Shown here: positions 60,015 through 64,000 of the stretch, one piece after another | How positions within the stretch are numbered: the first letter of the stretch is position 1 | Layout of the letters: every line of letters starts with the position of its first letter | Assembly (NCBI RefSeq): GCF_009914755.1 | Contig: NC_060929.1 | DNA from: the human T2T-CHM13v2.0 reference genome, Homo sapiens | Direction: 5' to 3' (one strand) | DNA length: 64,000 bases | The notes under the pieces: model-generated | Told to the model about the DNA's origin: nothing | Databases searched by the model: none | Seen by the model: only the letters and a program-made list of their open reading frames with translations | Translations under genes and position numbers: made by a program

Positions 60015-62615
60015 TTATTTAAGATAATTGTAGGCTCACATGCAATTATAAGAAATAATAATCCTCTGTACTCTTTACCCACTTTTCCACAATGGTAACA
60101 TCTTCCAAGACTATCAATATTACATCCAAAATATTGATATTGATGCAGTTAAGATCCAGAACATTTCCATTACTACAGAGATTCCTTATATTGCCCTTTT
60201 ATGCCCATACTACCTTTCACCCCTGGCCCACCTCTTTCTTAACCCTTGCAACGACTAATCTGTTTTCCACTTTTAAAATGTTGTTATTTCCAGAATGATA
60301 TATAAATAAAATCATACAGTATAAAACATTTTGTGATTAGTCATTTTCACTCAGCATAATTCTCTGGAAATTCATCCAGGTTATTGAATGTATTAATATA
60401 ATGGAATAGAATTCCATTACATAGATGTTCCCCTGTTTATTATTCATCTGTTGAAGGACATCTGGGATGTTTTAAGTTCAGGAATATTATGAATGAAATT
60501 TGTATTACCATTTGTGTAAAGGTTTTTGTGTGAACACAAGTTTTTACTTCTATTAAATAAATGCCAAAGAATGCAATTATTGTTCTATATGAGAGGTCCA
60601 TGGGTAGTTGGTTGCTTTGTTTTGTTTTTAAAGAAACTGCCTTACTCTTTATCAGAGTGGCTATAGCAGTTTGCATTATCACCAGAATGTATGAGTAATC
60701 TAGTTTCTCTGAATTTTTTTCTAACATTTGGTGTTTTCAACATTTTATCTGAGTCATTCTGATAGGTATCTAATAATACCCAATTGTAGTTTTATTGCTC
60801 CTCCCTAATAGCTACTGGCATTGAAAATATGTTCATGTGTTTCTTTGCCTTCTTGGATATTTTCTTTGGTAAAATGTCTTTTCATATCCAGGTTCTAATT
60901 GGGCTGTTTGCTTTTTTACTGTTGAGTTTTGACTGTTCTTTTATATGTACTAGATATAAGTGTGTTGTCAGATATGTGCTTGCAAACATTTTCTCCAAAA
61001 TTTTAGCTTTATCTTTTATGCTTTTAATATGTTTTTTTTAAAAGGGTAAAAGTTTAAAAATGTTTAAGAAATTCAACTTATTAGTTTTTCATTTTACAGA
61101 TTATGCTTTTGATGTCAAGTCTAAGAGCCTTTTGCCTAGCCCTAGATCCTGAATATTTTCCTTTATGTTGTTTTCTAAAAATCTTAGAATGTTATGTTAC
61201 TTTTAAGTTTGTGATAAATTTTGAATTAATTTTAGTATAAGATGTGAGACTTAGGCTGAAGCTTATTTTTTTTGCCCATGGATGTCCAATTGCTCCAATG
61301 CCATTTTTTGGAAGCCTATCTTTCCTTCAGTTAGTTGCATTTGCACCTTTGTCAAAATTCAGATGGGCATATTTGCATGGGTCTACTTTTGGATTATTTA
61401 TTTTATCTTGTTCCATTGATTTACATGTCTATTCATCTACTTATTATTATACACAGTCTTGATTACTGTAGCTATTTAGTAAAAATCTTAAAATAGAGTA
61501 CATTGATTTTTCCTACTTTTTTCTTGTTTCTCAAAATTGTTTTAATTATTCTAGTTCCTTTGGTATTCCATATAAATTTTACAGTAATCTCATCTATAGC
61601 CACAGAAAATCTTGCTGGCATTTTGGTAGAAACTGTGTAAAATTATATATCAATTCAGGAAAAATCGATGTATCTCCATGACTTTTTGAGTCTTCCAACA
61701 CATGAGCACAGTGTATGTCTCTCCATTTATTTAGATTTTAAAAATCTTTCATCAGTGTTGTGTAGTTATTGTAGTTTTTAGAACACAAGTCCTGTACATG
61801 GTTTTTTTACATTTACACCTAAGTATCCTTTTTGAGTTAATGGAAATGGTATTATATTTTAAATTTTGGTATCCATTTGTTCATTGTTAGTATATGGGTA
61901 TACAATTTACTTTTCTATGTTCATCTTTTTTTTAGTGACTTTGCTGAATTCATTTATTCTAGAAGTGGTTTATTTTTTGTCCATTCCTTGGGATTTTAAA
62001 GTACACAGTTGTGTCAAACATGAATAAAAACAATTTTATTTCTTTCTCGTTTGTATTCCTCTTATTTACTTTTCTTGCCTTATTGCATTGTGTAGAACTT
62101 CCAGTGCTATGTTGAATACGAGTGGTGAGAATAGATATTTTTGCTTTTTTCTTGATCTTGGGATAAAAGCATTCAGTTCTTCACAATTAAATATAAATCT
62201 GTCTATAGATTTTTTATAGATGCTTCTTACTGGGTTGAGAAAGTTCTCCTCTATTTCTATTTTTCTGAGAATTTTAAAAACCGTGAATTGATATTGAAGT
62301 TTGGTTGAATGTCTTTCTGCATTTATTGACATAATCATTATGAACATATGTCTTTTCTTCTTTAGCCCTTTAATATGGTAGATTATAATGACAGATTTTC
62401 AAATATTGAATATATGAAAAAAGCCCACTTGATCATGGTGTATAATTCTTTTTACTCATTGTAAAATTTTATTTGCTAGTATTTTAAAAATTGTTGAAAT
62501 CTAAATTTATAAAAGTTATCACTCTGTGTTTTCTTTTTATTTTTGTATTGTCTTTGGTTTTGGCATCAGGGTGATACTGTCTTCATAGCATACATTGAGA
62601 AATATTCCTTCTACT
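60015..62615 (-). mobile_element. Old L1M 3' / ORF2 fragment
   Basis: SPLVFNIALEVLHNAIRQEK and HPRCPSTDE ORF2 remnants. Confidence 0.75.
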
Positions 62616-62633
62616 TAGATGGATTACTTTCCT

Positions 62634-62740
62634 ATGTGGGGACTTCCAAAAGTTCATGGAAAATAGAATTAAAAGATCAAAATAAAAATTATCAATTTTA
62701 TTTCTCAACAAAATCTCCATCAAGTTCAAGACACTTTTAA
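62634..62740. mobile_element. Mariner (HSMAR2-like) terminal fragment
   Basis: TA followed by TGTGGGGACTTCCAAAAGTTCATGGAAAAT resembles the HSMAR2 terminal repeat as I recall it. Confidence 0.55.
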
Positions 62741-62741
62741 A

Positions 62742-64000
62742 ATTTATTTTATTTTGTTTTATTTTAAGCTCCACGATACATGTGCAGAATGTGCAGGTTT
62801 GTTATATAGGAAAATGTGTGCCATGGTGGTTTGCTGCACCTATCACCTAGGTATTAAGCCCCACATGCATTAGCTATTTTTCCTGATGCTCTTCCTCCCC
62901 CACTCCCATGACAGGCCCAGGTATGTGTTGTTCCCCTCCCTGTGCCCATGTGTTCTCATTGTTCAGCTCCCACTTATGAGTGAGAACAAGTGGTGTTTGG
63001 TTTTCTGTTCCTGTGTTAGTTTGCTGAGGATGATGGCCTCCAGCTTCATCCATGTCCCTGCAAGGGACATGACCTCAGTCTTTTTTATGGCTGCATAGTA
63101 TTCCATGGTGTATATGTACTACATTTCCTTTATCCAGTCTATCATTGATGGGCATTTGGGTTGATTCCATGTCTTTGCTATTGTGAATAGTGCTGCAATA
63201 AACATACGTGTGCTTGTATCCTTATAATAGAATGATTTACATTCCTTTGAGTATATACTCAGTAATGGGATTGCTGGGTCAAATGGTATTTCTGGTTCTA
63301 GATCTTTGAGGAATTGCCACACTGTTTTCCAAAATGGTTGAATTAATTTACATTCTCACCAACAACATAAAAACATTCCTATTTCTCCACAACCTCACCA
63401 GCATCTATTGTTTCTTGACTTTTTAATAATCACCATTCTGACTGGTGTGAGATGGTATATCACTGTGGTTTTGATTTGCATTTCTCTAGTGATCAGTGAT
63501 GTTGAGCTTTTTTTCACATGTTTGTTGGCTGCATAAATGTCTTCTTTTGAGAAGTGTCTGTTCATGTCCTTTGCCCACTTTTTGATGGGGTTGTTTGTAT
63601 TTTTTCCTTGTAAATTTGTTTAAGTTCCTTGTAAATTCTGGATATTAGACCTTTGTCAGATGGGTAGATTGCAAAAATTTTCTCCCATTTTATAGGTTGC
63701 CTGTTCACTCTGATGATAGTTTCTTTTGCTGTGCAGAAGGTATTTAGTTTAACTAGACCTCATTTATCAATTTTTGCTTCTGTTGCAATTGCTTTTGGTG
63801 ATTTCATCATAAAATCTTTGCTCATGCCTATGTCCTGAATGGTGTTGCTTATATTTTCTTCTAGGGTTTTTATGGTTTTGGGTTTTATATTTAAGTCTTT
63901 AATCCATATTGAGTTAATTTTTATATAAGGTGTAAGGAAGGGGTCCAGTTTCAATTTTCTGCATATGACCAGCCAGTTTTCCCAGCACTATTAATTAAGT
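62742..64000 (-). mobile_element. L1PA 3' portion running off the window
   Basis: T-rich tail, 3' UTR, then ORF2 C-terminal fragments ([11 protein letters not shown]; KLDPFLTPY). Confidence 0.9.

Overview
Repeat-rich primate (very probably human) intergenic DNA with no intact protein-coding gene. The functional core is the three-gene vault RNA cluster on the + strand: VTRNA1-1 at 664-761, VTRNA1-2 at 8309-8396 and VTRNA1-3 at 15549-15636. These are RNA polymerase III genes with internal A/B boxes and upstream AP-1/CRE/TATA-like elements, recognised from recalled human sequences (5q31.3, between ZMAT2 and the PCDHA cluster). Each gene sits in one unit of a ~7.2-7.6 kb tandem triplication (to ~20220) whose junctions fall inside an Alu. 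Points of interest in the cluster: a duplicated 3' half behind VTRNA1-1, a VTRNA1-2 terminator reading TCTGTT instead of TCTTTT, a hypervariable central segment, a conserved NRF2/NF-E2-type site and a 66-bp block identical in all three promoters. The remaining ~44 kb is mostly transposon-derived: a tailless 5S rRNA retrocopy, a deleted ERV1 provirus with an env remnant, a MER41 LTR with a GAS site, a near-full-length old L1, a 5'-inverted L1PA with an 18-bp TSD, a decayed C2H2 zinc-finger array, MaLR LTRs and many Alus. Repeat subfamily calls and most repeat boundaries are by eye and approximate.
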